From an uncultured Thermococci archaeon (GTDB taxonomy: Archaea; CAYQAE01; CAYVLA01): 64,000 nucleotides of DNA. The stretch is taken from positions 38,803 to 102,802 of the forward strand of contig CAZJVP010000072.1 in the NCBI GenBank assembly GCA_964549615.1. The letters run 5' to 3'. Of the stretch, positions 9,979-19,871 are shown piece after piece; position 1 is the stretch's first letter, and each line of letters opens with the position of its first letter. Both the position numbers and the translations under genes were made by a program. The notes beneath the pieces are model-generated. The model was not told the origin of the DNA and did not search any database. It was given only the letters and a program-made list of their open reading frames with translations.

Positions 9979-10755
9979 ATAATCGACGCCCATGTGCACG
10001 TCTGGTCCGACCGAGACATCCCCATCGTCGTCGCAGAGGCGAGGAGATTGGGCATCGACCGGATATGCGTCTCGTGCCTAGCGGACTGGGACTGGACGTG
10101 CTCAGGCAACCCCGAGGCTGGCAACGCTATGGTCTTCAGAGCGGCGGACAGCCACCCCGAGATGCTTGGGTATGTCTACGTCGATCCGCGCGAGAAGCAG
10201 GAAGCGCTCAGGCAGATCAACGCGTATCTTGATCACCCCGCCATGATAGGCATTAAGCTGTGGATCTCGTGCCCTGCAAACGACCCCGTTGTGCGTCCGA
10301 TCGCCCAGGTGGCCGCTGAGGCCGGCCTAGTGATGCTTGTGCACTCCTGGCGAAGGGGCACCAAGTTATCCAAGGGCTACCAGACCCTGCCGCGGCAGGT
10401 CACGGACCTAGCCTTGCGCTTTCCAGATGTCCCCTTCATAATGGCCCACATGGGCGGGGACTGGGAGACCGGAATCCTTGAGGTGAAGAGGGCCGACAAC
10501 ATCCTCGTGGACACCAGCGGAAGCATAAACGAGGCAGGCATGATCGAGAAGGCCGTAGCCCTCTTGGGTGCCGACCGGGTGGTCTATGGCTCGGACGCCC
10601 CTGGATCCGCCTATTTGCCCAACCTCGGCAAGATCCTTTCGGCCGAGGTGGCCGAATCCGAGAAACTCAAGATACTCGCCGGAAACATGGAAGCCATTTT
10701 AACTCGCAGAAAGCGCGGGAGCCGGCCCACCATGCCGACAGACCCACTTACCTGA
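9979..10755 (+). CDS. Amidohydrolase family (Amidohydro_2) protein; start codon unresolved
   Basis: IIDAHVH, GIKL, VHS, AHMGG, DTSG, YGSDAP. The HxH motif lies upstream of the first in-frame GTG (9994). Confidence 0.8.
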   Translation: MIDAHVHVWSDRDIPIVVAEARRLGIDRICVSCLADWDWTCSGNPEAGNAMVFRAADSHPEMLGYVYVDPREKQEALRQINAYLDHPAMIGIKLWISCPANDPVVRPIAQVAAEAGLVMLVHSWRRGTKLSKGYQTLPRQVTDLALRFPDVPFIMAHMGGDWETGILEVKRADNILVDTSGSINEAGMIEKAVALLGADRVVYGSDAPGSAYLPNLGKILSAEVAESEKLKILAGNMEAILTRRKRGSRPTMPTDPLT

Positions 10756-10771
10756 ACACCGGAGGCATCAG

Positions 10772-11842
10772 ATGGACGTAAGGGAAAGAGTTCACGCTGT
10801 GCTCGAGGGTGAGATGCCCGATAGGCTGCCCCTCCTGATCTACTCAAACCACCTTCCGAGGGGCAGCTTCGAACGCAGGATGAGGAACATGGGGCTGGGA
10901 ATCGATGTCCGTTGCACGGTCTACAGATCCCATACGCCCAACGTGAGGACCGAGACCAGGACGGTGGGGGACTACACCGACACGGAGATCATCACGCCCG
11001 TGGGGAAACTGCACTCGAAAAGGCGGATCAATCTCAAGTTCCAACTCACCGGCGGAAGCTGGATTGTCAGGCACCCCGTCGCCACGATCGATGACCTAGA
11101 GATAATGGAATTCGTCATCCAGGACACCGTCTTTGAGCCACAGTACGACGACTACCTTCATCTCCAGGCCGAGCTGGAGGGCGACGGCGTGGTCACGGCC
11201 GGCGGCCCCTACACGCCTCTCATGCGGATGATGATAGACTTCATGGGATTCAGGAACTTCGCCTTTTCATACAAGCGCGACCCGAAAGCGATCGAGAGGA
11301 CCATGGACATATTGGACAAGAAGTACTTGGAGCTGTACAGAATAATTGCGGAGTCGCCAGCCGAGATAGTCAGGATAGGAGATAACATAGACGAGGTCAT
11401 CGTGCCAGCACGCCTTTTCGAGCGGTACTGCCTGCCCTACTACAACAAGTACGCGAGGATCCTGAAGAGGGCCGGAAAGAAGACGATTTCGCACATGGAC
11501 GGGAGGCTCAGATCGCTCAAGGAGCTGATCGGGGCAACCGAGCTCGACGCCATAGAGGCCTTCACGCCTCCGCCCACCGGAAACCTCCCGATATCAGAGG
11601 CGAGGGAGGCTTGGAAACCCAAGGCTCTCTGGTTGAACTTCCCGGAGACGGTCTTCCTTCTTTCAGCGGATGAGATACGGCGCTACACGCTTGGTCTCCT
11701 TCGCGAGATGGGCGAGGGGGCTGGGTACATAATCAGCATAACTGAGGACATCGAGCCCAGCCACTACAGGAAGGCGCTGGAAACACTCACGACGACCCTT
11801 CACGATCACGGCAAGCTCCCCCTGAGCCTCGGGTCCTCCTGA
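10772..11842 (+). CDS. Uroporphyrinogen decarboxylase (URO-D)/MtaA-like TIM-barrel protein
   Basis: N-terminal RERV...PDR, TPVG, GDN, LPYY, HMDG, EAFTP; C-terminal (beta/alpha) pattern. Confidence 0.75.
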   Translation: MDVRERVHAVLEGEMPDRLPLLIYSNHLPRGSFERRMRNMGLGIDVRCTVYRSHTPNVRTETRTVGDYTDTEIITPVGKLHSKRRINLKFQLTGGSWIVRHPVATIDDLEIMEFVIQDTVFEPQYDDYLHLQAELEGDGVVTAGGPYTPLMRMMIDFMGFRNFAFSYKRDPKAIERTMDILDKKYLELYRIIAESPAEIVRIGDNIDEVIVPARLFERYCLPYYNKYARILKRAGKKTISHMDGRLRSLKELIGATELDAIEAFTPPPTGNLPISEAREAWKPKALWLNFPETVFLLSADEIRRYTLGLLREMGEGAGYIISITEDIEPSHYRKALETLTTTLHDHGKLPLSLGSS

Positions 11843-12045
11843 CCGCCCGGTCATCGCAACCTTCCGGCTGATGCCCCGGGAGCCTTGAATGATCCCGTCA
11901 GACGAGACCACGTTGACGCCGCCCAAAAAATGAGGCAAGACGAGGAGATCGGGCTTGCGCGGTCGTCGGGGCAGGCGTCGGCCAAGCGTAGAGCATAGCT
12001 CTCATGAGCGGTCGGGCCCAGGATGGTGCGCCGCGTCAGAGGGGA

Positions 12046-13260
12046 TCAACCGCTCTGTATGAGCTTGGTAAGCCTGACCTCCTTGTACAGCCGGCGCCTG
12101 ACCATGACCAACCAAAGGACCGATCCACACAGGATGAATGTTCCGGTAACCGCGCACCATTCAACGACGAACATCCAGAACGTGGCGGCGTTTCTAGCCT
12201 TGATTGCCTGGGCCATTGCGGCCTCACAGAAGTCCAGCACCTCCGCATAGGCCTCCAGAGCCTGCTCCATTTGGCACTCAACGTAGAGATCGGCCGCCCT
12301 CTTCTTCTTCAGCTGGATTTCCCCGGCCAACTTTGTCAGCCCAACGCTGCTTCCCCCCATCCTCTCGACGAAGTCGATCATGTTGTAGAATGTGGTCAGC
12401 GCCAGCTCCGATTCCCTTATCCGTCGCCTGACAATGTAGACGCTGTCGAGGTCGTCGGGCAGACTGCGGCCCGCTAGGAAGAGCATCATGTTTATCGCGT
12501 AGTCTCCGTAGTACTTCCATCGCATGAAGATGCTCCCGCCCTCTGGCGTCCAGTCGGCGGACTGCCCCAACGTTCTCCCCTTGCCGATATCCCACCACAT
12601 CAGAAACGGCCCCTCGCCGAATGCGCCCTGCTCAAGCACCGCCAAGAGCTTAGCAGACATCCTAGGCTTGATGTTACAGCTCTTGTAGAAGAAGCCGTAG
12701 CTCTCGAGGGTATCGAAGGGCAGGCTTCTGATGAACTCGTCCTCCCAGTCGAGTATCTTGATCCTGCCGCTCGGTCGCGATGCCGGGTAGGCGATCATGT
12801 CGCAGGGCAGGACATCGGCGACGCTCGTGGGCTCCCAGGAAGGGTAGGACCCTCCGCCGCCAGCGAAGCTCTCCGCGCCCCCGATCATGACCAGGCCTAA
12901 CCCCTCTTCCACAACCCCTCTGGACATCCAAAGGAAGTGCTCGTCGCGAAATGCTTCCCTGTTTGCGTCGCTGAGCACGATGACATCGTTCTCAAGAAAC
13001 TTGGAATAGGTCCTGGGCATGTAGCTTCTCATGCTCTTCTTTATGATGTCTATGCCCTGGTGAACCGTACATGCGTAGACGGCGGAGCAGTCCAGGAGAG
13101 GGTCCGACTTGAGCATGGGAAATGGATTGGGAACCCCTATGGCATCCCCTGCGTAGAGGACCCTGATCCTTCCGGTCACGGGATCGGCCCTTATGTCGCG
13201 GGCCTCGACAACCGGGAGGACCAAGAGGACAAGCAGAGACGATAGCAGATCACACCTCAT
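12046..13260 (-). CDS. Uncharacterised membrane-anchored protein (paralog 2 of 4)
   Basis: Signal peptide, DPVTGRIRVLYAG, YMPRTY, GLGLVMIGG, WDIGKGR, C-terminal ATFWMFVVEW...LWLVMVRRRLYKEV. Confidence 0.7.
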   Translation of the reverse strand: MRCDLLSSLLVLLVLPVVEARDIRADPVTGRIRVLYAGDAIGVPNPFPMLKSDPLLDCSAVYACTVHQGIDIIKKSMRSYMPRTYSKFLENDVIVLSDANREAFRDEHFLWMSRGVVEEGLGLVMIGGAESFAGGGGSYPSWEPTSVADVLPCDMIAYPASRPSGRIKILDWEDEFIRSLPFDTLESYGFFYKSCNIKPRMSAKLLAVLEQGAFGEGPFLMWWDIGKGRTLGQSADWTPEGGSIFMRWKYYGDYAINMMLFLAGRSLPDDLDSVYIVRRRIRESELALTTFYNMIDFVERMGGSSVGLTKLAGEIQLKKKRAADLYVECQMEQALEAYAEVLDFCEAAMAQAIKARNAATFWMFVVEWCAVTGTFILCGSVLWLVMVRRRLYKEVRLTKLIQSG

Positions 13261-13491
13261 ACCGCGAGAGGGGTGACTTCCTCGCCCTAAAACTATTGCT
13301 TCCGTCCATCTCATCGTAGGCCCATCTCGCCGAGGAGCCTCCGGCTTTCGTCTTGCACCCCAACAGCAGAGGTGCGAGGAAAAAAAGGCCTGCCTTTCCA
13401 AAAACCGGTCAAGGCACGAAACCCCACACCCACACCCCACACCGTTACATATTCATGCCACACGTTGCATTCCCGAGGGGGCTAACAACCC

Positions 13492-14727
13492 ATGGCTTTT
13501 CTGCAGGTGGCGCTCGATCTTCTGGACCTAGACAAAGCCTTGGAGATGGCTAAGTTGACGGTCAAGGCCGGGGCGGACCTGATAGAGGCGGGCACCCCGC
13601 TTATCAAGTCACACGGGATGCCGGCCCTCAAGCGGCTGGCATCGGAGATCTCCGACAGCGCCAGGATCGTCGCCGACATGAAGATCATGGACGCGGGCTA
13701 CCTCGAGACCAAGATGGCCGCGGAGTCCGGCGCGGACATCGTGACCGTCCTCGGCGCCTCGACCGCGGCTACCGTGACCGAGGTGGTGAGGGCTGCTAGG
13801 GAGCAAGGCGTGGAGGTCATGGCCGATCTCATTGGTGTTGACAACAAACCGCGACGGGCCAGGGAACTGGAGTCGCTCGGGGTCAACTACATCTGCGTCC
13901 ACACGGGGATCGACGAAGTTGGGTCTTCGCCCAACCAGATGCTAGACCTCGAAGACGTAGTGAAAACGGTGAAGATACCAGTTGCGGCGGCTGGCGGCCT
14001 CGACAGCGACACCGTCGGCAGGGCCGTTGATCGCGGCGCGTCCATAGTCATCGTGGGTCGCGCCATCACAAACAGTAAGGATGTGGAGGGTGATACCCGC
14101 CGGATCAAGCAGGCCATCATGAGGGAGCTCGAAATCATGAACGTGAGGAAGGCCATGAGAATCCTCTCCAAACATATCCAGGATTCCTCGTATCATATTT
14201 CGCAGGACGAGGTGAACAGTTTGCTGGATAGGATCAACTCGGCTTCCAGGATATTCATATGTGGGTCTGGCCGGTCGGGGCTCGTTGGGAGGGCATTTGC
14301 CATGCGCTTAATGCACCTCGGATACCAAGTCTACGTGGTGGGGGAGACGATAACTCCTCCTGTCAGCCCGGAAGACCTCATAATCGCGGTATCAGGATCG
14401 GGACAAACCACGGTTCCCCTAACCATCGCCAGCATAGCCAAATCGAAGAAGGCCTCCGTCGTGGCAGTGACCAGCTTCCCGGATTCTCCCCTCGGTAGCC
14501 TTGCCGACCAGATCGTCACGATTCCGGGACGGACGAGGAAGGGGGAATCCGAACCATCTGACCATCTGGAGAGGGAAGCCAGGGGCGGGTATGCCCCGCT
14601 CACTCCCATGGGCACCCTGTTCGAGATCGGTGCCATGGCCTTTCTTGATGGGGCCGTGGCCGAACTAATCTCGCGAAAAGGGCTTGCCGAGAGAGGGCTC
14701 GAAGAGCGGCACACCGACTTGGAGTGA
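13492..14727 (+). CDS. hxlA-hxlB: Bifunctional 3-hexulose-6-phosphate synthase / 6-phospho-3-hexuloisomerase (HPS-PHI fusion)
   Basis: HPS half: LQVALD, EAGTPLI, DMKIMDAG, HTGID, IVGRAI. SIS half: GSGRSGLVG, RLMHLG, SGSG, PMGTLFE. Confidence 0.9.
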   Translation: MAFLQVALDLLDLDKALEMAKLTVKAGADLIEAGTPLIKSHGMPALKRLASEISDSARIVADMKIMDAGYLETKMAAESGADIVTVLGASTAATVTEVVRAAREQGVEVMADLIGVDNKPRRARELESLGVNYICVHTGIDEVGSSPNQMLDLEDVVKTVKIPVAAAGGLDSDTVGRAVDRGASIVIVGRAITNSKDVEGDTRRIKQAIMRELEIMNVRKAMRILSKHIQDSSYHISQDEVNSLLDRINSASRIFICGSGRSGLVGRAFAMRLMHLGYQVYVVGETITPPVSPEDLIIAVSGSGQTTVPLTIASIAKSKKASVVAVTSFPDSPLGSLADQIVTIPGRTRKGESEPSDHLEREARGGYAPLTPMGTLFEIGAMAFLDGAVAELISRKGLAERGLEERHTDLE

Positions 14728-14931
14728 AGGCGGAGAGCTCCATCTCTCAGGTACCGCCCATACCTGCGATGCCCCACGCCAACGGCTCTTCGCAAGCTTG
14801 CCATCTTGCGACCGCTGCGGGCGCCTAGCCACCATGAGAAAGACCTTCACGGTCGGGAAGCCCTCTGGCAAGAACCGGTTCGCAGGTGGTGGAAGAAGGC
14901 ACGCAACCCAACGAACGCCTCTTATCGCCGC

Positions 14932-15813
14932 TCATGTGGGAGCCGAGGGCGAACGGATCCTTGAAAAGAACTCCGGAAGGCCCCTCATGCCGGGCCTCAG
15001 GTGGAAAAGACCACCGGCCCCAGTTCCCTCAACATCCTTCCTGTCCCCACCGGCGGTCGTGACGTACATATCCTTGTAGTCCTTGCCGCCAAAAATCACG
15101 CTTGAGACCTTGCGCGCAGGGAAATCTATGCGCATGTCCTCCCTGCCGTCCGGGGTGAAGCGCACCAAGCAGCCCCCGTCCCATATCGCGGACCACACGT
15201 AGCCCTCGGAATCCACCGTCATCCCATCGGGAGTGCCGCCCCCCTCGGGCAGCTTGACGAATGAGCGACCGTTCCAGATCAGGCCCGTCCTTGGATCGTA
15301 GTCGTAGATGCGGATCTCCCGATTGCTCGAGTCGGTGTGGTACATATGACGGCGGTCCAGCGTGAAGCCCATCCCGTTCGAACATCCAACGCCTTCCAAG
15401 ATCTTGCTCAGTTTGCCGTCAGGGTCAAGCCTGTACAGGCTCCCAGGATGGTCCTTGCTCGACATGGTGCCGCAGAAGACCCGGCCCGCAGGATCCGCTA
15501 TCACATCGTTGAAGCGAGATCCCCTTTCGGCGGGGATTTCCTCGAGAACCGTGGTCAGCTCACCATCTTTCCAGATCATCACGGTCCCCTTGTCCATAAA
15601 CAGCAATAGCGACCCGTCCCACTGGATCGTGAAGCCGCCGACGATCCGTCCCTTGTAGAACTGCTCATGGCGGCCGGTGTCCGGTGCGTAGCGAAACATC
15701 CGGCCGGTCGGTATGTCGACCCAGTATAGCCGCTGCTCCATCGGATGCCATAGCGGCCCCTCTCCAGTCAAACATGCGTAGTCCGCCACCAGTTCCGGTT
15801 TCATGGCCGGCAT
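14932..15813 (-). CDS. SMP-30/gluconolactonase family protein
   Basis: GEGPLW, YWVDI, RFND, DPAGR, SNGMG, PDGMTVDSEG. GGTGA Shine-Dalgarno. Confidence 0.9.
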   Translation of the reverse strand: MPAMKPELVADYACLTGEGPLWHPMEQRLYWVDIPTGRMFRYAPDTGRHEQFYKGRIVGGFTIQWDGSLLLFMDKGTVMIWKDGELTTVLEEIPAERGSRFNDVIADPAGRVFCGTMSSKDHPGSLYRLDPDGKLSKILEGVGCSNGMGFTLDRRHMYHTDSSNREIRIYDYDPRTGLIWNGRSFVKLPEGGGTPDGMTVDSEGYVWSAIWDGGCLVRFTPDGREDMRIDFPARKVSSVIFGGKDYKDMYVTTAGGDRKDVEGTGAGGLFHLRPGMRGLPEFFSRIRSPSAPT

Positions 15814-16083
15814 TCGATCTCACCTGGCAATCCGTCCCGATCAACCGTATAAACGCTTGCGCACACCCTCTTAACCTGTACGGTGTTTGTCCCTGACCGA
15901 TCGACCGCGCATATCGTGACGAACCGCTCGTGTACCAACTCCGAAGATGTCCGGCTTGCCAACCACCGCCGTGGACGATCTGTGAAACGTCGGCCGCGAG
16001 AACGCGTTAAGTGGCGCTTGGAAAGTCTTTTCTTTCCTTTCCGCAGCAACCTTACACTCACCTCGAATGGTGGAGTCCTCGAG

Positions 16084-16866
16084 ATGCCGGATCTGCACGC
16101 ACGGCATAGGATCATCGATTCGAACTGCTATCTTGGCCACTGGCCAACGCGCAATGTGGGCCTCGGCACAGCGGAAAGCCTGGTCAAGCTTGCGCAGGAA
16201 AACGGCGTGGACCTGTGCCTTGTGTCGGCGTTTGATGCGATCTTCCACAAGGACTACTTGGCCGCAAACCAACGGATGATGAAGGAGTTGGAAGAATTCA
16301 GAGGCAAACTCCTAGGAGTGCCAATCGAAAACCCCCAATCCCCCGTCTCGGGAAGCCTCCCGCCAGCAGTGGTTAGGCTTGTGCCTTCCTACCATGGATA
16401 CACCGTTCTCAGCAAGAGGTGCCAGCGTTTCCTCAGGCAATGCGAGTCCTGTGGGACGACGGTCTTCGTATCCTTGAGGATGAGGGATGAGAGGCTCAGC
16501 CATCCCCTGCTCAGGCTGCGGCCCTCACGCGTCATGGATCTCGCCCATGTCCTTTCGAAGGTGCCCGGCCTTGACGTCGTCGTGAACAACGCTAAGTCAA
16601 ATGAGATCGATGAACTCCTCTCAAGGGGAATGGAGCGGGTCCGGGCTTCATGCGACTGGTCGTTTCCCATCGGGTTCATCGAGAAGATCGTCGACAGGTG
16701 TGGTGATGACAATCTGGTCTACGGCAGCAATGCGCCCCTCCACTACTACCGCAGCTCCCTGCTCCAAGTGCTCATGGCCGATATACCCGAGAAATCCAAG
16801 GCAAAGATCCTTGGCCACAATATCGGTCGGATTCTCCGAAGTTCGCACGCGTCTGTGTCTAGCTAG
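16084..16866 (+). CDS. Amidohydrolase-family protein (divergent metal site)
   Basis: IIDSNCYLGHWP, RLVPSYHGY, LVYGSNAP, KILGHN. Canonical HxH is replaced by NCY. Confidence 0.7.
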   Translation: MPDLHARHRIIDSNCYLGHWPTRNVGLGTAESLVKLAQENGVDLCLVSAFDAIFHKDYLAANQRMMKELEEFRGKLLGVPIENPQSPVSGSLPPAVVRLVPSYHGYTVLSKRCQRFLRQCESCGTTVFVSLRMRDERLSHPLLRLRPSRVMDLAHVLSKVPGLDVVVNNAKSNEIDELLSRGMERVRASCDWSFPIGFIEKIVDRCGDDNLVYGSNAPLHYYRSSLLQVLMADIPEKSKAKILGHNIGRILRSSHASVSS

Positions 16867-17099
16867 ACCGATGGCCATGAACCGACCCGTGGCGTCACGA
16901 CAGGCTCGCAGGAGCTAAACGGCGATCGGCACATCCGAGCAATCCGAAACGGGCCGGTTTGCGCACCGGCGACATGCGCCGCAGAACCACATCGTTCATG
17001 CATCGAAGGGAGCCCTGACCTTCTGCCCCGCGGCATGCACAAGGGACCGGCTTGTGGCATAGGATCTTCGTGACGGCGAGCCACGCCGCAGAACGGCCC

Positions 17100-18491
17100 T
17101 CAGATGGGCCCTCTCTTCCTGCTCGGAACGAACCACCTTGAGGTCCGCCTGAGTGGCTCGCTAAGCCTCCTTTCGCGGCGCGGCGGGAGTGCTGCAGCGA
17201 AGAGGAGTCCCAGGAAAACCACCAACGCGGCCCCGATCTCCATTTTTCCGGACAAGATCAGGCAATAAACGAGGAGCAGCGCAGCAAAAGGAAGAGCAAT
17301 GAACAAGACGAGCCTGCCCCTACCCGCCGTCCTTGCTGCCAAGAACAGGCTGGCTATCCCAAGCGCAACTAGGACCCAGAAGAAGTAGGCCGCCCAGCCG
17401 TACCCCAAGACCGAAGATAGCAGCATGAGCAATAGACAGCCGATCAGATCCAGCGCGGCCACCAGTCGTCGCACGCCTATCTTGAGCACCCCCAAGCTCA
17501 TGTGCCCGAGGATGAGGCCCAGTAGCACGCCCGCCACGACCCCCGCGATGAGCCAGAAGACCGCACTGGAGATCAACCTGTCTGCCAGCGGCGTCTGAAC
17601 CTGTGAAACCGAGAGATCGGCGTCCAGGTCCTTCAGCTCGCCCGAGAACTTGATCGCAGAAAGCCATGCATCGCCGGAGAAGAGGCTCGATATCATCGGG
17701 TGGATGGACTCAAGATCAGTTTTTGGGACCTTGAATCGAACGGGCCCGCCGAGGGCACCCGCAAACCTTGCGAGATTAAGCGCAGGCGGTATCTCCTCTT
17801 CGTAGACCGGCCCGCTGCTTATCGCGAAGATGGCGATCTCCGTGCTGCCTGAGGCGAGCGTCGAGATCCGCAGCGGAAAGTACAACGAGCTGGACTTGAA
17901 CTTGTAGAGAATCGGCTCGATGCTTCTTGGCTCAGGCGACAGCTCCACCAAGTCCAGAACGAAATAGGGAAACCTGTCGCGGATGTAGGAGTCCACCAAG
18001 CTGGCTAGCTTCTGCGAGGAAACCCTCTTTCCCATCCCCCGCTCCTCTAGGAAATCGTTTGCCCAATCCTCGAACTGCCGGGAATCGTCAACCCTTATGA
18101 CGGTGATGTCGTGTGAGCCGATCTTGTCGTGGAAGACGATCTCCACCCCGGTCTGCTTCCCGCCGCCCCTAAACTCCCCTAACGGGCTGTGATCGCGCAT
18201 CAGACTGTTGATAGCCACGAATGGAGCAAGATCGGTCTTTTCGATGACGTCGGGCTCAGAAGGAAGAGGCAAGACCTCCAAGACCGTCGTTGCTGCGTCG
18301 GCATACACGTCCGTGGAGAGTATCAGGATCTCCTCTAGGCCGTTCCAAGCAACGATTGCCTTCTGGCCTGGACCGAAGACGGAAACGTCGGCAAGGGGCA
18401 GCATTCCCCTGTCCGCCAAGCAGACCTGCACTGCCAAGCCCGCCAAGAGCAAACCAGCTACGAACAGGACCAGCATCCGAGTGCTGGACAC
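17100..18491 (-). CDS. DUF2330-like secreted domain protein with several C-terminal TM helices
   Basis: Signal peptide followed by DRG, QKAIVAWNG.EILILSTD, PLPSEP, IGSHDI, YFPLRIS; hydrophobic C-terminus. Confidence 0.65.
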   Translation of the reverse strand: MSSTRMLVLFVAGLLLAGLAVQVCLADRGMLPLADVSVFGPGQKAIVAWNGLEEILILSTDVYADAATTVLEVLPLPSEPDVIEKTDLAPFVAINSLMRDHSPLGEFRGGGKQTGVEIVFHDKIGSHDITVIRVDDSRQFEDWANDFLEERGMGKRVSSQKLASLVDSYIRDRFPYFVLDLVELSPEPRSIEPILYKFKSSSLYFPLRISTLASGSTEIAIFAISSGPVYEEEIPPALNLARFAGALGGPVRFKVPKTDLESIHPMISSLFSGDAWLSAIKFSGELKDLDADLSVSQVQTPLADRLISSAVFWLIAGVVAGVLLGLILGHMSLGVLKIGVRRLVAALDLIGCLLLMLLSSVLGYGWAAYFFWVLVALGIASLFLAARTAGRGRLVLFIALPFAALLLVYCLILSGKMEIGAALVVFLGLLFAAALPPRRERRLSEPLRRTSRWFVPSRKRGPI

Positions 18492-18672
18492 GAGGGCACC
18501 CCTCTCCGCGTAGTCGTCCGTTCTGATAAATCCTCCCCTGCCTGCGTACTGCAACAATCAACTCTCTCAGGATCCTGAGCCTCTTCTCAGCCGTCTCCCA
18601 CTTCTCCAACAAAAACACCAGCAAACCCACCCCACACAAAGTGTAACATATGTCGGTTTACCCAACAGTCGG

Positions 18673-19146
18673 TCAGCCCAGCGTCAAGCTTATCTCATCG
18701 CCTGGGGAAAGCCCCCGCCACAACTTCCCACCCGTGATGGTTATGACCAGATCATCCTTTCCGCTCACCGAATGCAACCTGACGAGCTTCCTCGAGCGAT
18801 CCACCTTCGTCACCTTGCATTCGATCTTCTCAAGCGATCCTGGTGCCAGTTTCGGTCCGGCCGCCTCGGCCCATCGGTACATCTCAAGAAGCCGTCTGCC
18901 CTCATCGCTGAGCCTTGAGCAGCCCCCCTTCGCGCCTCCGCGGGTTGAGATGACGACCGGCCTTCCCGCGGCTTCCCCGATCTTCGAAACGATCCCCCAA
19001 GCATGCCTGTAGGAAAGGCCAAGGTTGGAAGCAGCGTGTCTGATCGAGCCGGTCCTCTCGATCTCCTCCAACAGCTTCGCCCTTCCCTTCCCGATCAGGG
19101 GGCGTCCGTCCCTCTCGATCCAGATCTTGGACCTCGCCGTTGCCAT
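18673..19146 (-). CDS. ModE-like winged-helix regulator with C-terminal TOBE-like domain
   Basis: KIWIE...IGKGRAKLLEEIERTGSIRHAA..LGLSYRHAW...RGGAKGG; C-terminal LSPGDEI. Confidence 0.85.
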   Translation of the reverse strand: MATARSKIWIERDGRPLIGKGRAKLLEEIERTGSIRHAASNLGLSYRHAWGIVSKIGEAAGRPVVISTRGGAKGGCSRLSDEGRRLLEMYRWAEAAGPKLAPGSLEKIECKVTKVDRSRKLVRLHSVSGKDDLVITITGGKLWRGLSPGDEISLTLG

Positions 19147-19148
19147 CC

Positions 19149-19868
19149 CTATCGACCACGGAGCATCTCGTACCTTCGGATGATCTGCCCGATCACGGTT
19201 CCATCCTCCAAACGTGCAGCGAGATCTTTGAGGACGGCCGGGGAATAGGTCCATGCCCCCTTCTCATTGAAGGAGACGCACCGCAGATATTCAATCCTCA
19301 AGGTGGGGTAGCAGGACTCCAACAGATAGCAGTAGACGGCCACCTGAGGCATGGAGTACAGAAACCTGCCCTCAGGCTTGTAGTCTATCACCTCGATGCA
19401 GTCGGGGCAGATCCGCATCAGATCGATGTGGCCCGTTAGCCTCAGAAAACCCGACCACACGGGCACCTCCATGGCCACCATGCCGGGGTCGTTCTTCAGC
19501 AGGTAGTCTTGAACCTGGAAGTGTCTGTCACGAACCTTCCTCATCCGGGCGATCGAGCCGCATATGGACTCGTATTCGCCCTCGGATGCCCTAGTGTCCA
19601 GAAGTCCCCGCTCCTCCAGATGGGACACGAACCACGCATCCGAAGGCCTCGCCGGCAACCTGAGTTGGGACGCGCGTTCGTACTTCTCGTCCTCGAAAAC
19701 GTTCAGGGGGATTCGTCCCTGTGCAACCGTCGAGAGGGCATGCCACAGATCCTTGCTGTGCTTCTGGTTGAAAGCCCTGTGATGCCTCAGGTTCCACTGG
19801 AAGAGGTAGCCCACACCAGTATGTCGAAGCCTCCTGCGAACGATGAGCCCGTATTCTTCCTCCGACAA
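19149..19868 (-). CDS. PD-(D/E)XK nuclease family protein
   Basis: EVPV...TGHIDL...VIDYKP...QVAVY (RecB/Cas4-like motif order). 3-nt spacer from the upstream gene and 2-nt spacer to the downstream gene. Confidence 0.75.
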   Translation of the reverse strand: MSEEEYGLIVRRRLRHTGVGYLFQWNLRHHRAFNQKHSKDLWHALSTVAQGRIPLNVFEDEKYERASQLRLPARPSDAWFVSHLEERGLLDTRASEGEYESICGSIARMRKVRDRHFQVQDYLLKNDPGMVAMEVPVWSGFLRLTGHIDLMRICPDCIEVIDYKPEGRFLYSMPQVAVYCYLLESCYPTLRIEYLRCVSFNEKGAWTYSPAVLKDLAARLEDGTVIGQIIRRYEMLRGR

Positions 19869-19871
19869 GCA

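Noticed and set aside
9935-9990. Second BHB mini-intron to fix the amidohydrolase start
   Set aside because: The candidate pairings lack flanking helices, and the excision would not restore the frame.
13492-14727. HPS-PHI fusion as a novelty
   Set aside because: This fusion is already well known in archaea, for example Thermococcales (reverse RuMP pathway).
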